Positions 55,426 through 64,000 of a stretch of DNA of 64,000 bases are shown one piece after another. This stretch comes from Minisyncoccota bacterium (GTDB taxonomy: Bacteria > Patescibacteriota > Minisyncoccia > UBA6257 > 2-01-FULL-56-20). A program made the translations under genes and the position numbers. Under the pieces are notes generated by a model. That model did no database searches. It was not told where the DNA came from and saw nothing but the letters and a program-made list of their open reading frames with translations. The stretch spans positions 394-64,393 of the forward strand of contig JBAYLC010000003.1 in NCBI GenBank assembly GCA_041664245.1, written 5' to 3'. Within the stretch, counting starts at the first letter, position 1. The number at the start of each line of letters is the position of its first letter.

Positions 55426-55797
55426 TTATAAATTAAGGCTCACCGCTCCAAAAAGACTTTTCAAAGTCATGGCAATTAAAACTGGCAAAAGCAAAACATA
55501 AACCAAATAAACAGCCAGAAAAACGCCAGCAACAATAAGATAAACAACCAAACCAATTAAAATTCTGCCCGACCTAAAAATTACTCCGAGAATCCGTCCG
55601 AGAATCGTGAAATCTTTATAAAGCGGCTGGAAAAAATATTTTACTGTAATCCTAATCGCTAAAGTTTGGTCTAATTTTTCAAATGACGAAACAAAAAAAT
55701 CGGCCAATCGCCGTGAGCCGTCAATGTACCAGTGGTGCAAAAAATCGCCGATTAAAATAAAGAATCGCACCACTAAATAAACCGGAGCGAAATTCAT
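55426..55797 (-). CDS. Small membrane protein upstream of the Clp ATPase
   Basis: 123 aa, hydrophobic, F.PLY.D motif; co-oriented 14 nt before the ATPase. Confidence 0.8.
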   Translation of the reverse strand: MNFAPVYLVVRFFILIGDFLHHWYIDGSRRLADFFVSSFEKLDQTLAIRITVKYFFQPLYKDFTILGRILGVIFRSGRILIGLVVYLIVAGVFLAVYLVYVLLLPVLIAMTLKSLFGAVSLNL

Positions 55798-55832
55798 GGG
55801 TTAATTATACCGCTCTAAGCCGGATAAAAAAA

Positions 55833-56471
55833 CTAGAAAAGCTTAGCTTGAGGAATCTTTGGTTTTTCTTCCTTTCTCGCCCTTATCTCTGGTTTCGCTC
55901 CTGCTTTAACCTCGACCAAACCCTTTCCACTTACAATCGCCGGCAACTTCTTGAATGTCTCCCTAAACTGGTTCATTACTCCCGTCCCCCGCAAAGCCGC
56001 CGCGGGATGGAATATAGGCACGATTAGCCGCCCTCCCATTTTAAAGACCTTGCCCTGATCCCTGGTTATTTTCGCCTCTGGCAGAAAATAGTTCATTGAA
56101 AATCTCCCCAAAGTCGCGATTATTTTGGGATTGATAATTTCAATCTGCCTAGTTAAATAAGGCTTATAAGCCTCAATTTCTTCAGGCAATGGATCACGAT
56201 TTTCTGGTGGTCGTCGTTTAACTATATTAGTTATATAAACTTCTTCCTCTCGCCATCCTAAATTACGAATATTTTCGCGAAGCAACTGTCCGCCCCGCCC
56301 CACAAACGGCCGCCCCTTCTCATTTTCATGAAATCCGGGCGCTTCGCCGATAAACAAAACCTTGCACTCTTCGCTTCCTTCGCCGAAAACCAAATTTGAT
56401 TCCCTAAGCGGCAAACTTTTATCCGCCAAAATCTCCGCTTCTAATTTTTTTAATTCTTCCTTTTTATTCAT
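55833..56471 (-). CDS. Uracil-DNA glycosylase, family 4
   Basis: IGEAPG..E...G.PFVG, TNIVKRRPPENR.P, HPAAALR. Start is ATG 56471 because the longer ORF overlaps a tRNA. Confidence 0.93.
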   Translation of the reverse strand: MNKKEELKKLEAEILADKSLPLRESNLVFGEGSEECKVLFIGEAPGFHENEKGRPFVGRGGQLLRENIRNLGWREEEVYITNIVKRRPPENRDPLPEEIEAYKPYLTRQIEIINPKIIATLGRFSMNYFLPEAKITRDQGKVFKMGGRLIVPIFHPAAALRGTGVMNQFRETFKKLPAIVSGKGLVEVKAGAKPEIRARKEEKPKIPQAKLF

Positions 56472-56498
56472 AAGCCTATTATTTACTACACAGCTCTG

Positions 56499-56570
56499 TG
56501 CCCTCAGCAGGAATCGAACCTGCACCGCCTCCTTCGGAGGGAGGAATTGTATCCATTCAACTATGAGGGC
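56499..56570 (-). tRNA. tRNA-Arg(CCG)
   Basis: GCCCTCA acceptor, CCTCC-CTCCGAA-GGAGG, GGTTCGATTCC. Confidence 0.93.
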
Positions 56571-56576
56571 TCGCCC

Positions 56577-57692
56577 CTATCTTATTACAAAATAATAAAT
56601 TTCGTAAACCACGGCGGCTAAGAATACCACAACCAATAAGCCGGCTAGAATTCTTTTCCAACCCCGAAAAACTAAAGCCTTCGCCGCCACTAAAATTATT
56701 ATCACATACTGCAAAGCCACGAAAATTCCGCCTGCCACTCCAATCGTCTCCAAAAAATTAGTAAAACCAGCCAGTAAAAGAATAATCGGCAGAGCCAACA
56801 GTAATCCAATCGCCAAAAAACGCGGCCACTTTAAGTCGTAAATAAAAGCGTTTCTCAGCTCTAATCCAATCGGCACATAAGACGTCCAAATTGCGAATAG
56901 CCCGAAAATTCCCAAAAGTTCCAATTTCCAAGCCGGCCAATTAGTTAAGCCAGAAAAAGAATCTGTTGTCGCCGCTCCCCCGGTTGTCAACGTTAAAATC
57001 GCTATCGCAAATAAAAAATAAAAAATCACCGGTATCGCTGTTCCCCAAAAAATCACCGAACCTAAACTGTTTTTATCTCCTCTTCTTTTTTGAAAATCAA
57101 ACACCGGCTCGATCGCCGTCCAACCGGCCAGCGAAAAAAGAAAAGCACCAAATGGTAAAAAGATCTCTCGGCCGGTAACCGCCACCCCTAAAACCAAATT
57201 TTTAAACGGCAAAGCTGTTAAAAAAATCGCCAAAATGATAATCAGCATCGCCGCCCCGCCAAAAAATTCTAAATTCAAAACCCTTCCGGATTTAAGTAAA
57301 AAAGGAAACGATCCTAAAATCCAAAAAATAAGAATCGCCGCCGGCCCGCTTAGTCCCGGAAAAACCATTCCTAAAAAATCTCCGCCCAAAATCAAAAAAG
57401 CGGTTAAAGTTAACAACAGGCCGGCTAGAATAATTAAAAACGAAAAATACCTTCCCTTCTTGCCGTAATATCTATTAGCTAGTCCAAGTAACCGGTCTCG
57501 CTCGCCGGTTTTCTGCAAAGTTTTAAGATACCAGCTATGAGTTAAAATAATGCCCGCCGCAATTAATATTAAATACCCAACGCTCACCGCCCATCCCGTC
57601 TTATTAAAAATATAAGGCAAGGCAAATATGCCTGCCCCAATCGTCGTCGCCACTAAAAAACCCGCTTCCCGAAAAAAGTTAATAATTTTCAT
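56577..57692 (-). CDS. Amino-acid permease (aromatic amino acid / APC superfamily)
   Basis: TTIGAGIFALPY, about 11 TM, AIWTSY. Confidence 0.85.
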   Translation of the reverse strand: MKIINFFREAGFLVATTIGAGIFALPYIFNKTGWAVSVGYLILIAAGIILTHSWYLKTLQKTGERDRLLGLANRYYGKKGRYFSFLIILAGLLLTLTAFLILGGDFLGMVFPGLSGPAAILIFWILGSFPFLLKSGRVLNLEFFGGAAMLIIILAIFLTALPFKNLVLGVAVTGREIFLPFGAFLFSLAGWTAIEPVFDFQKRRGDKNSLGSVIFWGTAIPVIFYFLFAIAILTLTTGGAATTDSFSGLTNWPAWKLELLGIFGLFAIWTSYVPIGLELRNAFIYDLKWPRFLAIGLLLALPIILLLAGFTNFLETIGVAGGIFVALQYVIIILVAAKALVFRGWKRILAGLLVVVFLAAVVYEIYYFVIR

Positions 57693-57700
57693 AAAAACTA

Positions 57701-58147
57701 TTAAACTTCGAAAACTTTGTCGCCTTCCCGAACTTTATCCCTAACTTTTATTCCCACTTCTAAATTTTTCCTAGCCAGTGTAATTGGTTTGCGATCAAAT
57801 TGCATCGAGATAATTTTATCTTCGAAATCTGTCGTTGCTCCCTTAAATTTTAGTGGCGTTCCGATAGCCATCGCCTTAGAAAACTTCACAATCGCCACCC
57901 CTAGGCCATCATAAAAATGGGTAACTGTTCCAATCGCTTTTGGCCCCTTTGTTGTCTTTACTAAAACCGCTCTCTTTTTAGTTGTCTTCTTTGCAACCTT
58001 TTTCGCGGCGGAATTTCTAGAAACTTTTTTTATAGTTTTTTTCGCAACCTTCCTAGTAGTCTTCTTCTTAGAGGTCTTTGCTTTCTTAACTATTCGCTTG
58101 CTGGCTTTTTTAGTATTCTTTTTTGTTTTTTTAATTTTTTTTGGCAT
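57701..58147 (-). CDS. Lys-rich (histone H1-like) tail fused to a small EF-like/U32-C-like beta-barrel
   Basis: MPKKIKKTKK...AKK repeats, then IG.VTHFY..LGVAIV, SMQ.D, VREGDKV. Confidence 0.75.
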   Translation of the reverse strand: MPKKIKKTKKNTKKASKRIVKKAKTSKKKTTRKVAKKTIKKVSRNSAAKKVAKKTTKKRAVLVKTTKGPKAIGTVTHFYDGLGVAIVKFSKAMAIGTPLKFKGATTDFEDKIISMQFDRKPITLARKNLEVGIKVRDKVREGDKVFEV

Positions 58148-58197
58148 AAAATTTATAACTTTTCCCGACCTTTGCCCCACGCCAAAGGCGGGGTATT

Positions 58198-58860
58198 TCA
58201 ACCCCTCTTTTTTTTACTTACATCCATCGGAACTATATCAACTCGCCTTTCATATTTTGTTTTTTCATCCTCCTCAATTAAAGCCACTAATTTATCCATT
58301 AATTTTTCTGGATCATTATCATAAATAATTTTTCCTTGCCCTCGGTGAGCCTCCTCAACAATTTCTTTAATTTGATCCGCTGTCCCGCCGCTTCCGGTCA
58401 AAATTCCTTGCGGCTTTCGATCTTCAAAAGCGATCGTGAATTCGTTTAACGTTCCCATTCGCCCACAAATAGTCACCACTGCGTCCGAAGCTCTTGTCAA
58501 AATTAAATTCCTTCCTGAATAATCAAAACCGGTGTAAACAATTACGTCATGATAATCAGTCGGCAAGCGATATGAATTAATATGAGCCGACTTTGATGCC
58601 GCTGGTGAAAATCCGATCACCATCCCCCCCGCTTGCTTCGCGCCCTTGGCCGCCCAATAAGGTAAACCCACTGTCGCTCCAGTAACCAGAACCATCCCTC
58701 GCTTGGCGATTACCCGCCCCATCTCCTCGGCCATTTCCGAAGCCCTCTCGGCGCAATGAGTTGTCTCCGCCGCTCCCGAAATGCAAATCTTATACTTCGG
58801 CTGATAGTTTATTTCTAAATCATCCGTATGAATTTTTAAATTATTATTTTTCGCTGGCAT
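58198..58860 (-). CDS. LOG-family (Rossmann-fold) protein
   Basis: TGAT.G.P, RN......D, G..GTLNE. Start is ATG 58860 (TATAAT 6 nt upstream). Confidence 0.85.
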   Translation of the reverse strand: MPAKNNNLKIHTDDLEINYQPKYKICISGAAETTHCAERASEMAEEMGRVIAKRGMVLVTGATVGLPYWAAKGAKQAGGMVIGFSPAASKSAHINSYRLPTDYHDVIVYTGFDYSGRNLILTRASDAVVTICGRMGTLNEFTIAFEDRKPQGILTGSGGTADQIKEIVEEAHRGQGKIIYDNDPEKLMDKLVALIEEDEKTKYERRVDIVPMDVSKKKRG

Positions 58861-58941
58861 AATTTTATTATACATCTTCCCTAATTAAATTCTCAATTTA
58901 TCTCTTTATTATCATCTATTCGCGTCATTCGTATCGTCAAC

Positions 58942-60294
58942 CTACAACTCCACCTCCTCTTTGTATTCCGGAATCTCTGTATGAATCACCAACTCATCAT
59001 TAATTTTCTTAGCTAAAGCTGCCGTCGCTCCCTCATCTCCTTGGACCACAAACACTTTCTTTAATGTTATTTTTCTAGTCGCCAGCCAATCTAAAAGTCG
59101 CGGCTGGTCGGCGTGGGCTGAATAACCACTAATCATTCTCACCTTCGCGTGAACCGGCACTTCCTCGCCAAAAATTCTTACCGCCTTTGCTCCCTCAAGA
59201 AGTTGTCGTCCCATTGAACCTTCCGCTTGATACCCCACCAAAAGCAACATACTCTTGGGGTCCGGTAAATATCTAAACTCATGATGCAACACCCTCCCGC
59301 CGTTCGACATCCCCGAACCGGCGATAATAACTTTTGGCGCCGGCACGTCATTAATTCTTTTTGAATCTTCTGTTGTCGGCGTGAAAGTCAGTCCTTTAAA
59401 ATTCAAAACATCATCTCCCCCCTTGATTAAATCCGATGTTCCTCTATTAAAATATTTATGATATTTTCGATAAACTTCGGTCAGCTTAATCGCCAAGGGA
59501 CTATCAATATATATTGGTATTTTTGGAATCCGTCCATTTTCAATCAAATCATTTAATTCATAAAGTAATTGTTGTGTTCGCTCCATCGCAAAAGCGGGTA
59601 TCACCAAAACCCCTCTTGATCTCACCGTATCTTCAATCGCGTCTTCAAGCATTTCCCGCCGCGCCGAAACATCTTCATGAATTCTATCGCCGTAAGCCGA
59701 TTCGATCAAACAATAATCCGCCTCCGGCAGTTCTTCGGTCGGATTAATAATCGGCGCCGGCGAGTTTCCTAAGTCGCCGGAAAAAACCACCGACTGGCCA
59801 TCGCTCTCAACTCGAATAAAAGCTGATCCTAAAATATGCCCAGCATCAAAAAATTCAATTTTAAAAGTATCCCAATCAATTTTTTGGTGATACTCCACGC
59901 CCTCCCAATGTCTCATCACCGCTTCGACATCTTCTTGGGTGTACAAAACCGGCTTCCTCTCTCGATTCGCCTCTTCGCTCAAAAGATGTTCCGAATCAAG
60001 CAATAAGAACTCCGAAAAATCCCGGGTGGCTGGTGTCGAAAAAATCTTTCCTCGAAATCCGTCTTTGTAAAGTTTTGGTAGAAGTCCAGTATGGTCAATG
60101 TGTGCGTGCGTCACAAAAACCGCCTGAATTTCTTTTGGATCATATGGAAATGGATCGAAATTTTGCCGCTCGGCAAAATTGCTTCCTTGATGTAATCCGC
60201 AATCAATCAGAATCTTCGTCTTCCCGTTTTTCGTCTCCAGTAAATAGCTTGACCCCGTCACCGTTCTCGCTCCGCCGTAAAAAGTTAGTTTCAT
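58942..60294 (-). CDS. MBL-fold beta-CASP ribonuclease
   Basis: THAHIDH, AGHILGS, FSGDLG, PAFAMERTQ, AGSGM..GGR, SAHAD. Confidence 0.92.
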   Translation of the reverse strand: MKLTFYGGARTVTGSSYLLETKNGKTKILIDCGLHQGSNFAERQNFDPFPYDPKEIQAVFVTHAHIDHTGLLPKLYKDGFRGKIFSTPATRDFSEFLLLDSEHLLSEEANRERKPVLYTQEDVEAVMRHWEGVEYHQKIDWDTFKIEFFDAGHILGSAFIRVESDGQSVVFSGDLGNSPAPIINPTEELPEADYCLIESAYGDRIHEDVSARREMLEDAIEDTVRSRGVLVIPAFAMERTQQLLYELNDLIENGRIPKIPIYIDSPLAIKLTEVYRKYHKYFNRGTSDLIKGGDDVLNFKGLTFTPTTEDSKRINDVPAPKVIIAGSGMSNGGRVLHHEFRYLPDPKSMLLLVGYQAEGSMGRQLLEGAKAVRIFGEEVPVHAKVRMISGYSAHADQPRLLDWLATRKITLKKVFVVQGDEGATAALAKKINDELVIHTEIPEYKEEVEL

Positions 60295-60434
60295 AAATCG
60301 TGTTCCTGTATTCTATCATCGCTTCTCCGAACTTCCAAAATTTACAAAAAAACATTTGACAAAGTCAAATTTATATGATATATAATAATAAGCTACTTTT
60401 GGGGAACACATATATTTGAAGACAGGAGGTCTTT

Positions 60435-60662
60435 GTGAGCTACATGAGTTACAAAAATCGGTCGAATTCCATCAAACTATTTGCCGTATTACTCTTAGCG
60501 ACAGGAATACTCTGGGGATTTGCAGTATTTTACAAATACTATTTCTTGATGGATACCCAAGAAATCCTCGCCCTCAATAATTGGGCGTGGCAATTTACCA
60601 AGAACCTTTTAGGTGGCGCAGTCCTACTCATCATTGGCGTCATCATTCTTGCTCGCCGCTAA
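60435..60662 (+). CDS. Small 2-TM hypothetical protein
   Basis: TTGACA promoter, SD AGGAGG, two hydrophobic helices. Confidence 0.6.
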   Translation: MSYMSYKNRSNSIKLFAVLLLATGILWGFAVFYKYYFLMDTQEILALNNWAWQFTKNLLGGAVLLIIGVIILARR

Positions 60663-60701
60663 AAAGCCCAACCTCTTCCTAAGCCAAAAGGCCTCGCTTC
60701 T

Positions 60702-61976
60702 CTAGCGAGGCCTTTTCTTTTCCAAAATTTCTTCCACCACCCCCCTATCGCTCCACGCAATTTTTTTTCCTTTTTCTAGGTGGATATAATCCTCACTTCC
60801 TTTTCCGGTGATAATCACCGTATCGCCTTCCTTCGCTAAACCAATTGCTTTCTCAATCGCCTCTCTTCGATCAAGAGTTTCAGAAACTTTGGAAATTAGA
60901 AATTGGGTATTAGAAACTCCAGATTTTATTTCTTTTAAAATCTGGTTTAGATTTTCATCGTAAGAATCCTCGTTAGTCAAAATAACTTCATCACAGAACT
61001 GTCCGGCAATTTCTCCCATCACCGGCCGCTTCCATTTATCTCTCCCCCCGCCCGCCGATCCTAAAACACAAATCAATTTCCCTTCCTTATTTTTAATTAA
61101 AATTTCATAAACTTTTTTTAGACTATCCGGTGTGTGGGCGTAATCAACAATCACCCGAAACGGCTCATCTTGAACAACATCCATTCGCCCTGGTAACCCT
61201 TTAAAATTTTTTATTGCGGCCTTAATAATATCGTTGGAAATTCCGACTTGCTTTGCCACCGCCACTGCCGCCGCGATGTTTTCTCGATTAAATTCTTCAG
61301 ATAACGAATTAGCATTTTTGTCAATATAGTCCCCCGCCGTTTTGGCAAGAGCGCTATTTAAATCGCGATCAGTTTTCGAATATAAAATCACGCTCGCCTT
61401 TTTAACTTTCTCGACAAAAAAATTGGAACTTTCATCATCAGCGTTTACAAAAATTTTCGCGCCCTCTCGCGCCGCATAATTTAAAAATTTTAATTTCGCT
61501 CCCCTGTAACGTTCAAAAGATCCATGATGCTCGATGTGTTCCGGCGCCAAATTAGTAATCACTCCAATCTTCCAATTTAAAAATTTGTGCCGTGATAATT
61601 CCACGCCTTGGGACGTCACTTCAACGATCGCATAATAGCACCCTGCTGTCACCGCTCGCTTTAAAAATCTCGGAATAAAAAATCTCCCTGGCATCGAATT
61701 ACCAGTTAAATTTTTTTCTTTCTTGTCGCCAATTTTTATATAAACTGAAGAAAGCAGCGCTGTTTTCTTTTCAGCTTCTTCGAGAATAGAATTAAGAAGT
61801 TCAATAACCGTTGATTTGCCTTTTGTTCCAGTAACGCCGATCAAAAAAATTTTCCGGCTTAGAAACCCGAAAAAAAAATTTCCCCAAAACGCTAATTTAA
61901 AATGATAGATCCGAAATAAAACTGGGAACTTATAGAGCCATTTAATCAGCCAATTTTTTTTTAATGATTCAAGCAT
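60702..61976 (-). CDS. murE: Mur ligase, MurE-like
   Basis: GVTGTKGKST, EVTS, TNL..EH, PGRM, DYAHTPD, G.GGGRD, GKGSE; lacks the usual N-terminal domain. Confidence 0.85.
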   Translation of the reverse strand: MLESLKKNWLIKWLYKFPVLFRIYHFKLAFWGNFFFGFLSRKIFLIGVTGTKGKSTVIELLNSILEEAEKKTALLSSVYIKIGDKKEKNLTGNSMPGRFFIPRFLKRAVTAGCYYAIVEVTSQGVELSRHKFLNWKIGVITNLAPEHIEHHGSFERYRGAKLKFLNYAAREGAKIFVNADDESSNFFVEKVKKASVILYSKTDRDLNSALAKTAGDYIDKNANSLSEEFNRENIAAAVAVAKQVGISNDIIKAAIKNFKGLPGRMDVVQDEPFRVIVDYAHTPDSLKKVYEILIKNKEGKLICVLGSAGGGRDKWKRPVMGEIAGQFCDEVILTNEDSYDENLNQILKEIKSGVSNTQFLISKVSETLDRREAIEKAIGLAKEGDTVIITGKGSEDYIHLEKGKKIAWSDRGVVEEILEKKRPR

Positions 61977-62556
61977 GCTTCTGGTCTGACAAAATTTTTA
62001 ATGCCTCTTTTAGTCTTTTTTCTAAACTTAAAAATTCTTTCGACACTTTATCGAGCGCTCGTTTCGCCTGGTCTCTTCCATAACCAAGGCCGGTTAGAGT
62101 ATCAACTAGGTCGCTATCAATTTCCATTTTTTTAACCGCTTCCGTCGAGCCCTCAGCTTCAACTTTGTTTTTTAATTCCAAAATAATTCTCTCGGCCGTT
62201 TTCTTTCCAACTCCAGAAGCTCGGCTGAATAAATCACTTCGCTCTTCTTTGATCGCTGAAAGTAATTCATTAAGCGGCGCCACATCCATAACCGAAAGAG
62301 CCGACTTCGGACCAACCCCTCCGACCGTATTTAAAAGCTCAAAAAAATCCAACTCCCTAACCGATATAAATCCGTAAATCTCAAACGCCGTTTCTCTCAC
62401 AAAAAGTCGGGCATAAATTTTAATATTACTCTCAATCGCCGGCAGCGAGGAGATACTCCTTTTGGAGGAAAAAATCTTTATCCCAAAGCCGCCAATATCT
62501 ATAACAAAGAAATCGGGTAATTTCTCGCTTATTCTTCCCTGGAGGTAATAAATCAT
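61969..62556 (-). CDS. ruvA: Holliday junction DNA-binding protein RuvA
   Basis: L.VRE...YGF, V.GVGPKSA, GVGKKTAERIILELK. Confidence 0.96.
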   Translation of the reverse strand: MIYYLQGRISEKLPDFFVIDIGGFGIKIFSSKRSISSLPAIESNIKIYARLFVRETAFEIYGFISVRELDFFELLNTVGGVGPKSALSVMDVAPLNELLSAIKEERSDLFSRASGVGKKTAERIILELKNKVEAEGSTEAVKKMEIDSDLVDTLTGLGYGRDQAKRALDKVSKEFLSLEKRLKEALKILSDQKHA

Positions 62557-62691
62557 TAATCTGAATTATATTAGAAATTCCATTTATGCGCCACAAACGG
62601 ATTCAACTAGGAAAGTCACCTTTTCGGTTTTAACGCCAAAACCCAATAATCCTATGAAACCTATGTTTCTCAACAAAAGTAGAAAATTAAA

Positions 62692-62948
62692 TGTTTAGCG
62701 CTAAACATCCCTGCTTGATCAAAAAGCCAGTATTGTTGGAAAATATACATATAATTAGAAATTAGCCAAAAAATTGTTTCGCGCTAAACACTCCAAGAAT
62801 TGGAGCCCCTCCTAATTATAAGGACATCAATGTTTCGCGCTAAACAATTAGTAATGCAAAAATACGGCAATAATACATATATATAATCAGGCAATCATAT
62901 ATTTGCCGTATTACTACATATATCAATGTTTAGCGCTAAACATTGATA
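62692..62948. repeat. Four 16-bp parS-like palindromes
   Basis: TGTTTAGCGCTAAACA at 62692 and 62927; TGTTTCGCGCTAAACA at 62775 and 62831. Confidence 0.8.
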
Positions 62949-63006
62949 ACAAAACAAACACAAATAATAACTTCAAACAAATGATATAATTAAATAAACA
63001 CTCAAA

Positions 63007-63432
63007 ATGGAAGAACAATCCACAAATTTAGAGGTAGGGAGATTAGGAGAAGATCTAGCCGAAAAGTATTTAAGAGACAGGGGATACGAGATAGTCACCC
63101 GAAACTACCGCCAACCTTGGGGAGAAATTGATATAGTTACAAAATCCAAAAATAGAACCCTTACATTTTTTGAAATCAAAACTTTAAAAAAGCCAGAATT
63201 TAACAATGAGACGAATATAAAACCCGAAGACAATTTAACCGCCTCTAAACTTTCAAAGCTAAAAAGAATCTGTGAAAGTTTTGCCAACTCAAACCCAAAG
63301 CTAATCACAGGTTCTCGAGGGTGGCAAATTGATCTCTTAACCATCTGGATAAAAAACTTTTCTAACGTCCAAACCCTGTTATTGACAGAAATAGAAAAAG
63401 ATTGCGAAATAAAACACTACGAGAATATTTAG
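63007..63432 (+). CDS. YraN-family (UPF0102) putative endonuclease
   Basis: G..GE.LA..YL...GY.I..RNY....GEIDIV, FFEIKT. Confidence 0.9.
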   Translation: MEEQSTNLEVGRLGEDLAEKYLRDRGYEIVTRNYRQPWGEIDIVTKSKNRTLTFFEIKTLKKPEFNNETNIKPEDNLTASKLSKLKRICESFANSNPKLITGSRGWQIDLLTIWIKNFSNVQTLLLTEIEKDCEIKHYENI

Positions 63433-63480
63433 TTTTTCTTCTTATTTTCCTTTTTACTTTTTATCTTTTATATTCTAAAA

Positions 63481-64000
63481 ATGTCCGGTCATAGCAAATG
63501 GTCTCAGATCAAACACCAAAAAGAAATCACCGATAAAAAACGCGGCCAAAATTTTTCTAAACTCCTAAAATTTATTTCCGTCGCGGCGAAAGATGATTCC
63601 AACCCTAAATTTAATATCCGTCTAAAAAGCGCCATTCAAAAAGCCAAAGATGCTAACGTTCCGAACGACACCATTGATCGCGCCGTCAAACACGCCAATG
63701 AAGAAAAAAATTTAGAAGAATTAATTTTTGAAGCTTACGGCGAAGGCGGCATAGCAATTCTGATTGAAGCCATTACCGATAACCGCAATCGCACCGTCGC
63801 CGAAATAAAAAGTATCCTAAATAAAAACGGCGGCCGCTGGGCAGAATCAGGAAGTGTCCGCTGGGCCTTCGAAAAAAATTCCGAAACAGAGGAGTGGCAT
63901 TCTAAATTTCCCCAAACCCTTCCGGAGGAAAATTTAGAAAAACTAAAAAAACTTTTAAACGAAATTGAAAGTCATGATGATGTCCAAAAAATATTCACGA
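63481..64000 (+). CDS. yebC: YebC/PmpR-family protein (partial, runs off the right edge)
   Basis: MSGHSKWSQIKH.K, N.P...I..A, EAYG.GG, TDNRNRT. Confidence 0.93.
   Translation, partial: MSGHSKWSQIKHQKEITDKKRGQNFSKLLKFISVAAKDDSNPKFNIRLKSAIQKAKDANVPNDTIDRAVKHANEEKNLEELIFEAYGEGGIAILIEAITDNRNRTVAEIKSILNKNGGRWAESGSVRWAFEKNSETEEWHSKFPQTLPEENLEKLKKLLNEIESHDDVQKIFT

Noticed and set aside
56472-56525. N-terminal extension of uracil-DNA glycosylase
   Set aside because: It overlaps tRNA-Arg(CCG); the real start is ATG 56471.
62692-62948. CRISPR array
   Set aside because: Repeats are only 16 bp, fully palindromic and irregularly spaced (83, 56, 96 bp), with no cas genes; parS-like sites fit better.
1-64000. 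Alternative genetic code (UGA=Gly, code 25)
   Set aside because: Conserved genes are full length under code 11, and several ORFs end at TGA (e.g. 4266, 18974, 36996).

Overview
A reduced, AT-rich bacterial chromosome segment. Gene content and style suggest Patescibacteria/CPR (Parcubacteria-like; inference), with standard code 11. It is mostly housekeeping genes: folD, glyA, dcd, rpsT, holA, mutM, polA, tsaE, ruvAB, a pilB-like ATPase, ftsH, tyrS, clpP, an H+-PPase, nusA, rnj, trpS, ileS, argS, smpB, infC-rpmI-rplT, a murE-like ligase and yebC, plus 8 tRNAs (including a rare tRNA-Ile UAU) and tmRNA. Small accessory patches are an ECF-sigma/PAS/small-membrane-protein island after tRNA-Gly, a Nudix-paralogue/inositol-monophosphatase trio, and a foreign-looking gene pair next to tmRNA. 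The most striking unexplained signals are non-coding: (i) a ~140-bp multi-stem element in two copies (14447-14586, 49739-49877) whose differences are mostly compensatory base-pair swaps; (ii) two tandem ~90-100-nt promoter/terminal-stem/U-tract units between ileS and argS; (iii) a ~200-nt promoter-to-terminator RNA with a 20-bp closing stem (6S-like?); (iv) four parS-like 16-bp palindromes near the right end; (v) a ~175-bp element duplicating the tRNA-Gly 3' end; (vi) degenerate 7-nt tandem repeats embedded in frame in many core genes. All calls were made by eye; no database searches were run.
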